NCBI GenBank assembly: GCA_963806225.1
Contig: CAWDXG010000004.1
Span: 352,001-416,000, forward strand
Source of the DNA: an uncultured delta proteobacterium
Lineage (GTDB): Bacteria > Myxococcota_A > Polyangia > Polyangiales > Polyangiaceae
Direction of reading: 5' to 3'
Length of the DNA: 64,000 bases
Both the position numbers and the translations under genes were made by a program. The notes under the pieces were generated by a model. It had not been told where the DNA came from and did not search any database. It saw only the letters and a list, made by a program, of their open reading frames with translations. This document shows positions 11,896 through 22,200 of this stretch, piece after piece (position 1 is the stretch's first letter; the number at the start of each line of letters is the position of its first letter).

Positions 11896-12524
11896 TCAGT
11901 TCACCCCGCCGTCCGCTGGACAGGTCGGAATCCCGGCTACGACGCCAGCGTCCGCGTTCTTCGCAACGCACATTCCCGCCTGGTGGAAGGCGCTCGTGAA
12001 CTGGGAGGGGTTCGAGAAGCCGGCGTTCGCCCAGCTCTCGCACACCTTGCCAGTCCCGCGGCAATCGCTGTCGCAGTCGCAGAGCTGCCCGCAGACGCCC
12101 ACTGATTCTCCAGTCGTAAAGTTCGCCGCGAAGATGCACGCGACGTGGCCTGCAGGATGTAGTCGACGGCGACCACGGGCTGCAGCGTGCCCTCGCGTTC
12201 GACGAGGTTGTCCAGGTCCTCGCCCTGGAGCAGTTCCATCGCGATGAACAAGTTGCCGTCGGGCAGGCGATCGACGTCGAAGACGCGGACGACGTGCTCG
12301 CCGTGGATCCTCGACGCAGCGCCCGCCTCGTTGATGAAGCGCTGCACCAGCGACGCCGTGCGCGCTGAATCGTCCAGCAGCAGCTTGATGGCGACTTCGT
12401 GACCGAGCAGCGTATGCTCGGCGGCGAACACGGCGCCCATGCCGCCGCGGCCAAGCAGGCGCAGGATGCGGTACTTGCCCGCCAGAATGTCGCCCGCGTT
12501 GAGCGAAACCGATGGCGCCGACAC
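11896..12524 (-). pseudogene. Truncated Ser/Thr kinase: N-lobe joined out of frame to a Cys-rich C-terminal fragment
   Basis: KYRILRLLGRGGMGAVF, VAIKLL and MELLQGEDL are present up to YILQA (~12147), with no HRD or DFG. Another frame then gives GVCGQLCDCDSDC..CPADGGVN-stop. Confidence 0.75.
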
Positions 12525-12532
12525 GCTTCCCC

Positions 12533-12952
12533 CTACCCCGCCGCTTTCCGCCCTTCGTCGGCGGGACCGTGCGTGTGCTCTTCCACCCGGAGGGAGCCCG
12601 CGGCGTCCTTGAGGCCGCGGCGGACGAGCATGACCTCGACGCGGTCGGGGCGGAGCGCTTCGCGCAGCACGGCATCGGCGCGCTGGGGGACGCAGTCGCC
12701 ACAGGTGTAGAAGTCGACGGCGGCGTAGCCGCACTCGGGCCAGGTGTGGACCGAGAAGTGCGACTCCTCGATCACGATGACGCCGGTGATGCCCTGGGGC
12801 GCGAACGGCTGGAACACCTCGGCCACGACGGTGGCGCCCGCGGCCTGGGCCGCAGCGCGCATCATGCTGCGGACGGCCGCGATGTCATCGAGCACGGCGA
12901 GATCGCAGCCGTGGTACTCGACAAGCAGATGCGTCCCAAGCGTATCGACCAC
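12533..12952 (-). CDS. speD: S-adenosylmethionine decarboxylase proenzyme
   Basis: LGTHLLVEYHGC; FAPQGITGVIVIEESHFSVHTWPE (E-S self-cleavage site); AAVDFYTCG. Confidence 0.93.
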   Translation of the reverse strand: MVDTLGTHLLVEYHGCDLAVLDDIAAVRSMMRAAAQAAGATVVAEVFQPFAPQGITGVIVIEESHFSVHTWPECGYAAVDFYTCGDCVPQRADAVLREALRPDRVEVMLVRRGLKDAAGSLRVEEHTHGPADEGRKAAG

Positions 12953-12999
12953 GGCCCGGATCTGTACCAGGGACGCCGCAATGCGTCGAGCAGAGCGGC

Positions 13000-14214
13000 T
13001 CAGGGGCCGGCCAGTGCGTCGAGGTGCCGGGCGACGGCGCGGGCGCTCATCACGCCCTTGTAGACGTACAGGGCGCCGGTTTCGCCGGGTTCCAGCACTT
13101 CTTCGCTGACGCGCAGGCGGCTCGAGACCGCAAACAGGATACGCGCGGGCAGCCCCGCCTGGACCAGTTCCACCCGCCGCCACACCGCCTCGCGGCTCCA
13201 GTAGCCGAGCACCTCGAGCAGGATCTGCTCGCCCGTTTCCTCATGGGAAAAGACCAGATCGGGCACGCACAGGCCGACGCCCGGCAGATCCACGATGGCC
13301 GAGCTGGGCTCGACGCTCCACGACGAAGCGAGGCTACGGAAGGCGTCGACGAGCGCGGCAACGTCGTCGGGCAGCGCGGCCTGCCCGGATGCCTCCGCGT
13401 GGCGGTTCCTGTGCTCGTAGCGGAACACGAGCGCGTCGCGCTTCTTGCCCCAGCGCACGTCGGCGGTGAGCCGGAGCGAGTCGCACTCCTCCAGCGCCGG
13501 CAGCACCAGCGCCAGCGCCAGGCCGTATTTCGTCACCGACTCGAACAGGCTGTACGGCCCGTCGATGTCGATACGGTAGCCACCGTCGTCCATGGGCTCG
13601 ATGCTGTAGAGCAGACGCCGGAACTTGAGCTTGTTGAACAGCGCGCGATACGCGGCGGGCGACGCGCAGCGCACCTCGGCGCGGACGCGCACCGCGCGCA
13701 GCAGCACTGCCTGGATCTGCGCGTGCTCGTAGCGGGCGAGCAGGGCGTCGGCGCCGATCGATTCCACACCGAGCAGCTGCTGGGCGCCGCGCAAGTCGGA
13801 ATACAGCGCGCGCTCGAGCTCCGCCGGCTCGAGCCCCGCCGCGGCGGCGGCTTCACCGAGCACGAGCTCGCGATCGAAGCGCTGCCCCGTCGCCAGCGCG
13901 CGCCGTGCGGCCGCGGCGCGCAGGAACAGATCCGAGCGCAGCGCGGGCGGGTCGTGCCCGGACTCGGCCGAGAACTCGCAGGCGTCCTCGATGAGCTTCA
14001 TCAGACCGTCGGCCAGACGACGCTCGCGCGCGGCTACCTGGACCGCACGCCAGGCTTCGCGGAGCTCGTCGCGGCTGCCGCCGATTCCGGCGCGCGCCAC
14101 GTCGAGCAGCACGCCGGCGAGCTCCACGGCGCTCTGGCGCTGCGCGCCCTTGAGCGAGCTGATGTGCAACTCCCCTGTCCTGCGCCGCGCGCGCACCAGC
14201 TCCGCTGTCAGCAC
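13000..14214 (-). CDS. DUF790 family (Bax1-like) predicted endonuclease
   Basis: MLTAELVR start; ALYSDL; IDGPYSLFESVTKYGLALA; PD-(D/E)xK-like VPDLVF..LEVLGYW; lies downstream of an XPB-like helicase. Confidence 0.88.
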   Translation of the reverse strand: MLTAELVRARRRTGELHISSLKGAQRQSAVELAGVLLDVARAGIGGSRDELREAWRAVQVAARERRLADGLMKLIEDACEFSAESGHDPPALRSDLFLRAAAARRALATGQRFDRELVLGEAAAAAGLEPAELERALYSDLRGAQQLLGVESIGADALLARYEHAQIQAVLLRAVRVRAEVRCASPAAYRALFNKLKFRRLLYSIEPMDDGGYRIDIDGPYSLFESVTKYGLALALVLPALEECDSLRLTADVRWGKKRDALVFRYEHRNRHAEASGQAALPDDVAALVDAFRSLASSWSVEPSSAIVDLPGVGLCVPDLVFSHEETGEQILLEVLGYWSREAVWRRVELVQAGLPARILFAVSSRLRVSEEVLEPGETGALYVYKGVMSARAVARHLDALAGP

Positions 14215-14250
14215 GGCGCGCCCCCCCTACACGACCAAGCACGATTCGCG

Positions 14251-15078
14251 GAAATGCGCGCCCCACGCGCATTTCCGCCCCGTGGGACGACTGACAGCTC
14301 CGAAATGCGCGCCCCACGCGCATTTCCGCTCCGTGGGACGACTGACAGCTCCGAAATGCGCGCCCCACGCGCATTTCCGCTCCGTGGGACGCCTGACAGC
14401 TCCGAAATGCGCGCCCCACGCGCATTTCCGCTCCGTGGGACGACTGACAGCTCCGAAATGCGCGCCCCACGCGCATTTCCGCTCCGTGGGACGACTGACA
14501 GCTCCGAAATGCGCGCCCCACGCGCATTTCCGCTCCGTGGGACGCCTGACAGCTCCGAAATGCGCGCCTCACGCGCATTTCCGCCCCGTGGGACGACTGA
14601 CACCTCCGAAATGCGCGCCCCACGCGCATTTCCGCTCCGTGGGACGACTGACAGCTCCGAAATGCGCGCCCCACGCGCATTTCCGCTCCGTGGGACGACT
14701 GACAGCTCCGAAATGCGCGCCCCACGCGCATTTCCGCTCCGTGGGACGACTGACAGCTCCGAAATGCGCGCCTCACGCGCATTTCCGCTCCGTGGGACGA
14801 CTGACAGCTCCGAAATGCGCGCCCCACGCGCATTTCCGCCCCGTGGGACGACTGACACCTCCGAAATGCGCGCCTCACGCGCATTTCCGCTCCGTGGGAC
14901 GACTGACAGCTCCGAAATGCGCGCCCCACGCGCATTTCCGCCCCGTGGGACGACTGACAGCTCCGAAATGCGCGCCTCACGCGCATTTCCGCTCCGTGGG
15001 ACGACTGACAGCTCCGAAATGCACGCCCCACGCGCATTTCCGCCCCGTGGGACGACTGACAGCTCCGAAATGCGCGCC
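14251..15078. repeat. Tandem array of 16 full and 1 partial 51-bp units, each with an inverted repeat
   Basis: Unit GAAATGCGCGCCCCACGCGCATTTCCGCTCCGTGGGACGACTGACAGCTCC at 14251+51n up to 15067; stem GAAATGCGCG/CGCGCATTTC. Confidence 0.97.
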
Positions 15079-15234
15079 ACTCCAACGTCCAGCCGCTGGA
15101 TTAGCCGCGCCGTCCGCCACAATGCTCGACCCAGAAGACCTTCCGCGCTTCCGATCTTCCTGTGGGAAATCCGGGAACGGCATGTGCTGTTGTCACCGCT
15201 GGGCCGAGCGGTAGAGCAGCGCCGCGCGCGTCCG

Positions 15235-16602
15235 CTAGCGATACGCATCGTGCTCCCGCCGCCGCTCGCTGGTGAAGGTCTCGCTGGTGCCGGCCGTGAC
15301 GAGCTCGTACAGGACGGCGCGCTTGTCGCCTTTGGGGCGCAGGATGCGCCCCAGCCGCTGCACGTGCTCGCGCACGCTGCCGCTGCCGCTGATGACCACG
15401 GCCACGCTGGCCTCCGGCACGTCCACACCCTCGTTCAGCACCTTGGAGGTGACGACCACGCCGTACTCGCCGCTGGAAAAGCGCTCGAGGAGGCTGCTTC
15501 GCTCGCGCACTTTCGTCTGGTGCGTGATGGCGGGCACGAGGAAGCGGCGCGAGATCTGGTAGGCCGTGGCGTTGTCCTGCGTGAAGACCAGCGTGCGCTC
15601 GCCGCGGTGCTCGTGGAGCAGCTGGTCGAGCACGTCGAGCTTGGCGGGAGCGGCGAACGCCAGCTCGCGCTGGCGACGGTAGGCGCGCATCGCGCGCTGG
15701 CCCTGCTCGCTGCCAGCGGAGCGCTGGATGAACTCCGTCCAGCCGCCGGGCGTGCCCATGCGGATACCGTTCGAGCGGACGAAGTCGAGATACAGCGCGC
15801 GCTCGGCGTCGTGCTCCTCGCGGGCCTCCGGCGTCAGCTCCACCTCGATGCGGACGGTGTCGTACTCGGCCAGGTAGCGGCCGCTGAGCTCGAGGATGTC
15901 CTTGCGGTAGACGACCGGGCCGATCAGCCCTTCGAGCGCGTCCTCCCTGCCGTCGGCGCGCTCGGGAGTGGCGGTCAGACCCAGGCGATACGGCGCCAGG
16001 CAGAGCTGGGCCGAGAGCGCATAGGTCGCGCCCGGCAGGTGGTGGCACTCGTCGAACACGACCATGCCGAAGCGCGCGCCGAGGTGCTCCATGTGCAGGT
16101 ACGCCGAGTCGTATGTGGTCACCGTGAGCGGGCGCACATCGTGGTCGCCGCCGCCCACGAGCCCCACGTCCGTGCCGAAGCTGCCCCGGAGCAGGTCGTA
16201 CCACTGGCGCACGAGATCCAGCGTGGGCGCGACGACGAGCGTGCTGCGCCGGCGATCGTCGATGGCCATCACGGCGAGGTGGCTCTTGCCGGCGCCGGTG
16301 GGCAGCACGACCACGCCGCGGCCGCGCGCCTTTTTCCACGCGGCCAGCCCCTCGCTCTGGTACGGCCTCGGCTCGCGGCGCACGCGCGCGCCGTGCTCGA
16401 GCTCGACGTACGCCCGCGCCTGGTCGTCGAACGGGTGCTTGCCGTGCACCAGTGCACGCACGACCTCCGCATAGGCCAGAGCGGGCGCGCGATAGCACGC
16501 CGTGCGCGCGTCCCAGTCGAGCGCCGGAGGCAGCTCGACGCCGTCCGCCTGCAGTCCGCGGAGCTCGAGCGTGCCGGCAGAGAAGACCAGCGTCGCGGTC
16601 AT
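15235..16602 (-). CDS. XPB/Rad25-like superfamily 2 DNA helicase
   Basis: PRPYQ Q-motif; LPTGAGKS Walker A; DECHH; LGLTATPER; VLNEGVDVP; QRLGRILR. Confidence 0.93.
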   Translation of the reverse strand: MTATLVFSAGTLELRGLQADGVELPPALDWDARTACYRAPALAYAEVVRALVHGKHPFDDQARAYVELEHGARVRREPRPYQSEGLAAWKKARGRGVVVLPTGAGKSHLAVMAIDDRRRSTLVVAPTLDLVRQWYDLLRGSFGTDVGLVGGGDHDVRPLTVTTYDSAYLHMEHLGARFGMVVFDECHHLPGATYALSAQLCLAPYRLGLTATPERADGREDALEGLIGPVVYRKDILELSGRYLAEYDTVRIEVELTPEAREEHDAERALYLDFVRSNGIRMGTPGGWTEFIQRSAGSEQGQRAMRAYRRQRELAFAAPAKLDVLDQLLHEHRGERTLVFTQDNATAYQISRRFLVPAITHQTKVRERSSLLERFSSGEYGVVVTSKVLNEGVDVPEASVAVVISGSGSVREHVQRLGRILRPKGDKRAVLYELVTAGTSETFTSERRREHDAYR

Positions 16603-16681
16603 ACGGGTGCAGATCGGGCAGACACCACGGGCCAAAGCCATAGCAGATCGGCCCCGGCCGGGGGCAGTTGCGACAAACCCG

Positions 16682-17464
16682 CTACTTGCCGAGCAGCGTC
16701 AGGATCTTGGCAATGGCTGTCTTGACGCTGGAGTCGCCGATCCCCGCGAGGCTGCCCTGCGTCTTGTAGACGATCTTCATGGTACACAGGTCGACGATGA
16801 AGACCGTCTCGCGCTCGCCAACCAGCTGCTGGTTCGGGTCGATGGGCGACACGGTCGTGACCGACAGGCTGTACGCGGTGATCCAGGCGTCGAGGTTGCC
16901 GGTGTGCAGGCTCTCCACGACCGCGCCCCCCGCGTCCGTCACCTGCTTGCCCTGCGCGCCCAAATCCTGGGCAGCGTGCTTGCAGCCTGGTCAGAAGTTC
17001 TCCGACAAGTGCACGAGCGCATAGCCGCGCCCGGACTGCCGGAGATCGTCCATCGAGTAGTTGTTCACGTAGGGACGGGTGTTGGCCAGTCCCTGCGCCG
17101 TGTCGTTGACGTAGCCCTCGAAGTGCCAGTCGGCGATCGTGTCGCCGACGTTCTCGCCGTAGGGGCCCGCCGGATAGCTCGCCGCCGGAGTGCACGCTGC
17201 GCTGCCCCCTGTCCCGCCATTACCCGCTGTGCCGCCGATGCCCGCCGTGCCGCCTGTTCCGGCCGTCCCGGCGCTGCCCGCGGCGCCGCCGCTGCCCTGG
17301 CCGGCGCTGCCTCCGGCACCTGCCGAGCCACCCGCCGCGGAGCCTGCATTGCTGCTCGAGCCGCAACCGGTTGCGCCGACGACGAGCGCCGAAGCCACCG
17401 CGGCGCGACGCACCCATCGCAACGAAGCGCGGGAGCGGGGCGGAGGGCGACGGGAACGCATCAC
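16682..17464 (-). CDS. Thioredoxin-fold (TlpA/redoxin-like) lipoprotein, probable selenoprotein (UxxC)
   Basis: ORFs 16991-17464 and 16682-16963 share a frame and are separated by a single TGA (16991-16993) reading LVHLSENF-U-PGCKHAA. Lipobox GATGC; YPAGPYG motif; FIVDLCTMKIV. Confidence 0.8.
16955..16976 (-). promoter_or_regulatory. Putative bacterial SECIS element
   Basis: At +15 to +36 after the UGA: CGC-U(bulge)-GCCCA-GGAUU-UGGGC-GCG, a hairpin with a bulged U and a G-starting apical loop. Confidence 0.65.
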
Positions 17465-18450
17465 TTCTTCTCGCGGATACCTATCCAGGTGATGTACTGG
17501 AGGCCCGTCGCGCTGTCCATCGTGATGGTCTTGCCGTCGGCCGACACCGTGCCCGTGGCCACCGGTGCGAACGTCCCGGTGGGGACGAGATCCGGGTACA
17601 GGTAGCTGCCGAGCTGGAGAAACTCGACCGGGGTCGACGCGGGAAGACCCGTGGTATTCGCGAAAGTCATCTGCGCCAGCGCGGGCTTGCCGGTCTGGGC
17701 GTCGAGGAATGCCGCTTCGAATGGGCCGAAGGCGTAGAGCGCCGACAGGTTCAGCGACGGGTCGACGAAGTCGCTCCAGAGGTTCTGCGGAACGGCCAGT
17801 GCGCGGAACTCCTTGCCCGGCGCGCCGGCGTCGAGCTCGTCGTAGTCGAGCTTCACCTCGACCCCGGCAGGTACGTCCAGCGTCACATCGCCGGACGTGA
17901 CGGACTGCATCGGCGAGCCGTCGGGGTACGCGACCAGCGCCGGGCCTTCGGGCAACGGCAACAGCGGCGTGTCGCCCACGTCGAGATCCGGCAGGGGCGA
18001 ACCAGGGAGCTGGTAGTAGAAGCCGGCCTTGAACGGCCGCTTGTGGACGAGCAGCGAGGTCTTCGACAGGACGATGTGGCGGTTGACCGGCACGCTGAAA
18101 CGCCCGTCCGCACCCGAGTTGCCCGGGAAGCAGGCCGTGCCGCAGACGCTGACCAGCACGCCCGACACCGGCGCACCGGAAGCGTCGATCACGCGGCCGG
18201 TGACGTTGTGGACGCAGACCGCGCCGGCGGGGATCTCCGAGGCGGGCTCGCTGCAGGGAGCCGCGCCCCCGGCCCCCCCGGCGCCCCCGACACCGCCCGA
18301 GCCGCCCGCGCCCCCTGCCGCGGCGCCGGCGCTACCGCCCGACGCGGCCGCGCCGCTAGGAGCGGCGTTTCCACAGCCGGCGAGGGCCAGCGCCCCCACC
18401 AGGACCGCGGCGTGGCGCCGCACAAGCGAAAAGAGCTCGGAATAGGCCAT
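17461..18450 (-). CDS. Lipoprotein with carboxypeptidase-regulatory-like (beta-sandwich) domain
   Basis: Lipobox LAGC; VTGRVIDASGAPVSGVLVSVCG; its stop overlaps the start of the redoxin gene (GTGA). Confidence 0.75.
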   Translation of the reverse strand: MAYSELFSLVRRHAAVLVGALALAGCGNAAPSGAAASGGSAGAAAGGAGGSGGVGGAGGAGGAAPCSEPASEIPAGAVCVHNVTGRVIDASGAPVSGVLVSVCGTACFPGNSGADGRFSVPVNRHIVLSKTSLLVHKRPFKAGFYYQLPGSPLPDLDVGDTPLLPLPEGPALVAYPDGSPMQSVTSGDVTLDVPAGVEVKLDYDELDAGAPGKEFRALAVPQNLWSDFVDPSLNLSALYAFGPFEAAFLDAQTGKPALAQMTFANTTGLPASTPVEFLQLGSYLYPDLVPTGTFAPVATGTVSADGKTITMDSATGLQYITWIGIREKK

Positions 18451-18539
18451 GATCTACTGCATACGCCACCGGGAACGCATCGGTTACGCCCGGCCGGCAT
18501 CCATGGTCGCTCGAGGCCGGCCCCGACTGGACGATCCGC

Positions 18540-19205
18540 TCAGCGGAACAGCGAGGCGACCCCCTCGCCCGACTCGCCGCCCATCAGCTCGATCGGGACG
18601 TGCCAGGCGACCTCGCCGATGTAGCGGTCGCGGCGCTGGCGCAGGCGCACCAGCGTGGCGCTGCAGTTGCCCATGCGCACGATGCATACCCGTGGCACAG
18701 GCTCGCAGATCATCAGCTTCAAGAGCTGGAAGTTGATGCCGCCGTGCGCGACCAGCAGCACTCGATGGCCGGCCTCGCGGTGCCGCTGCTCGAGCCTGGA
18801 AAACAGCCGCTGCGCGCGCTCCTGCACCTCGTCGTAGCTCTCGCCGCCAAACTCGCTGAAGTCGGCGAGCTGGGAGACCCCGCGCTCGAGGAAGTGCGGG
18901 AAGCGCTCGAGCATATCGTCGCGCGTGAGCCCTTCGAGCTGGCCCGCCCGGAGCTCGGCCAGATCCTGCTCGGGCTGGGCGGCGGGCAGCCGGGTGAGCT
19001 CCGCCAGCAGTGCGGCGGTCTGGCTCGCGCGCAACAGCGGCGAGCAGTACGCCACGTCCCACGCGATCGCATGGCGCTCGAGCCACGCGGCGAGCCGAGC
19101 GGCTTGTTCGCGCCCGCGATCGGACAGCGGGTAGTCCCGGTGCCCCTGCATGCGGCCTTCGAGGTTGCCGACGCTCTCGCCATGGCGGACCAGCAGTATC
19201 TCCAT
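18540..19205 (-). CDS. Histidine phosphatase (phosphoglycerate mutase family)
   Basis: LLVRHGES; YCSPLLRASQTA; GGESY; LLVAHGG. Confidence 0.92.
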   Translation of the reverse strand: MEILLVRHGESVGNLEGRMQGHRDYPLSDRGREQAARLAAWLERHAIAWDVAYCSPLLRASQTAALLAELTRLPAAQPEQDLAELRAGQLEGLTRDDMLERFPHFLERGVSQLADFSEFGGESYDEVQERAQRLFSRLEQRHREAGHRVLLVAHGGINFQLLKLMICEPVPRVCIVRMGNCSATLVRLRQRRDRYIGEVAWHVPIELMGGESGEGVASLFR

Positions 19206-19228
19206 GCGGCAGACCCCCTAGCACGGGT

Positions 19229-22200
19229 CTACGGCGAGCGCGCGCTTCGCCCGAGCCCTTTCCAATGGTCGAGCGCCGCGGCATGCGGGTCGAGCGCGTC
19301 GGCCGGCTTGTCGATCATCCAGATGGGGTCCAGCTCGAGCTGCCGCTGCCAGACCATGCCGTCCGCCGTGACGAACGTGTAGCGGTCTTCGCCCGGAGTG
19401 CGGACGCACGCATCGATCGCGGACGGCGCGGCCAGAAGCGACAGCACGCGCGATCCCGCCGTGTCGACCAGCCAGACCCGCCCGCCCGCGGTACCGACAA
19501 CCAGCCCGCGACCGCCGACCGACCACACCAGACAGCGCACCGCCGAAGCGGCCGTGTAGACGCTGCGGGATGTCTTCCCCGACAGCGGGTGCACCAGGAC
19601 CTGACCCGACGGCGTGGCGACGGCCAGCGTGGTACCGTCCTGCGACAGCGCGACGGCGCTGATCGCCTGACCCGGCGCGACGATGATGGGCGCGCCCATC
19701 CTGGCGTCCGGAACGTCGACGAGGCGCACCGCGCCCGCTCTGTCGCCGACCGCGAGGTGCGCGTCGTCATGGGAGAAGCCGAGCGCCGTCACCGGAGCGG
19801 GCAGCGCCGAGACCTGTCCGGGCGGCTCGGTCTGGGTGCGCGCGAGCAGCAGCACGTGCCGCCCATCGCGGTCGCCTGCGAGCGCGAGCGGCGAGCCGGA
19901 GCGGCCGTACGCGAGTCGCAAGTCGGTGACCGGGACACCGTGGACGACGCTCGCGCTGCCGCCGTACACCCGGGCCAGATTCCCACCTGGAAGTTGCCAC
20001 GCCGCCGCGGCAGCGCGCGGTCCGATCGCGAACGGCAGCTTTCCTGCAGCCGGCGGGCGCGCGCCGGGCGGCAGGTCGACCGACGTCGCGCCGGCGCGTC
20101 GGTCGCCACCTGTCGGTTCCGCGGCGAGCGCGTGGGCGTCGAGACAGGCGACGGCCGAACCGTCACTGGCAGCATTGCAGCGCGTTCCGGCGGGCGCCGG
20201 ACCCCGGACCACGCGCGCGCTGGCCTCGTCGAGCGGCCAGGCGCGCACTCCGCCGTCTCGCGAGCTGGCGACGAGCCAGTGCCCGTCCCGGTCTGCCGCC
20301 AGATGGCCCAGCGGCTTCGTCGCGCCGGCCAGTCGCCCCACGACGGTTCCGGTGTCCTCGGAGAGCAGCCGGACAGCGTCGTGACGGACCGCGACGGCGA
20401 GCGTGCGCCGCGACGGGATCCACGCGTGGAGCGCGCTCTTCACGAACAAGCGCGAGACAGGCTCGAGCCCCGCGCTCCACAGCACCGCATGCTGCTCGAC
20501 GTCGATGCCGAGCCAGCGCTCGCCGTCGGGTGATGCTTCGAGCACCTGCCAGCTCGTGCTGGAAGACGTGTCGTGCCATTCCGGGCGCGGCCCGTGCGTA
20601 GCGAGCACAACGCGGGCGACGCGCCCCCGGGCGTCTCCAGCCAGCAGCGTGGAACCGTCGGGCGAAAGCGCGACCGCCGTCACATCGGCGTCTCCGGATT
20701 CGAGGGAGGTGCGGCTGGCGTCGTCCGTGTCGAGCACGCCGAGCCCGCCGTCCGCGCCGACCAGCGCTGCGCGCGCGCCGCCCTTGTCCAGACTGAACGC
20801 ACGAAGGCGGCTCGCGAGAACCCGGCGCCCGTCCGCGCCGCCGAACACCGACAGCTCGAGCGCCGCCGGGGGGCCGCAGCCCGCCAACAGGCTGTCGTCC
20901 TCCTTCCACACGAGGCGGCGCACCGGGCCGCTGCACTGGAAGCGCTTCGAGAGGCCGCCGCTGGTCTTCATCACCACGATCGAGCCCGCGCGGTCCCCGA
21001 GCGCAACGCGCAAGCTATCGGCCGCGAACGCCAGCGCGGTCGGCGATTTGCCGAAGCCCGCTGGCCAGTGCAGGACGCGGCGCCCGGGCCCTCCGACATC
21101 GAGCAGTCGCAGGCCGGCGGCGGGGCTCGCCGTCGCCACCTTCGCGGCGTCCGGCGACCAGCCGATGAGCGCGCTGCCGTCCGTGTTGCGCGGCAGCACC
21201 TCGGGCACGCCCGCCAGCCGCGCCTGCCAGGCGATCGGATCCAGATCGGTGTCCGGACCGAGCTCGCGGCTCTCGAGCGCAGCGGCCAGTGCCTTCGCCG
21301 GATCGCGGTCGGCGTCCAGCGTCGCCACGCGCTTCAGGAGCTCTCGCGTCCGGCGGACGGAGCTCTGGTGCGCGCGGTCGGCCTGCGTGCGGGTATGGTC
21401 GAGCTCCGCCGCGAGCCGTCGCTCGCTCGCCTTGGTCACCAGCGCCAGCACCAGCACCAGCAACGCGCCCGCCACCAGGAGCGAACGCAAGAGGAAGCGC
21501 CGGCGCTGCGCCCGTCGCCGGACCGCCTCCACGAACGAGAGCTCCTTCTGCCCGAGCGGCGCCTCGGTGCGCTCGAACCATGCGAGCAGCCGCGCTGCCT
21601 GCTCGCCGTCCCACAGCGCGCCGTCGGGGCGACCTTGCGCTTCCCACTCGCGCGCGCCAGCCGCCATGCGCTCGCGGACAGCGTGATCCTCGCCGGACAG
21701 CGCCAGGAGCGCCGCCAGCGCGGGCCACCCGCTCACGAGTGCCTCGTGCACCAGCTCCACCTCGCCCGCGCTCTCCACCACCAGCTTCTCGCTCAGCAGG
21801 CGGCCGAGCGCCCGCGCCCCCGCCGAACCGCCGACCGCGGGATCCTCGAGCGTTGCGCGCGGAACGACGGCGCGCGCGCCGTCGGCTGTCACGAGCCGGA
21901 CGAGGATCTGCTGGGCCGCCTTGCGCTCTTCGGGACCCATGCCGGAAAGCACCGAGTCGGCGTGCCGGGCCAGGGCGCCGGCGAGCCCGCCGAGCTCCTG
22001 CCAGGCGGCGCTCGGCAGCAGGCGCCGCTGCGTATCGCGCGCTTCCCACCACGCCGCCATCGCGAACGACATGAGCGGCAGACCCGCGGCGGTGCGCGCC
22101 ACGTCGCTCGCGATGGTCCCTGCGATCGACGGATCCTCCAGCTCGAAACCCGCCGCACGCGCCGGCTCGACCAGAGCGTGCTCCAGGGCTTCGCCGAGCA

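Noticed and set aside
14251..15078. CRISPR or other guide-RNA array
   Set aside because: The sequence between hairpins is essentially constant, so there are no unique spacers, and no cas genes are present in the window.
13024..16725. 1233-aa plus-strand ORF, and similar long ORFs at 20573-24298 and 38506-40875
   Set aside because: Antisense shadows of well-supported genes in high-GC DNA, with no recognisable motifs.
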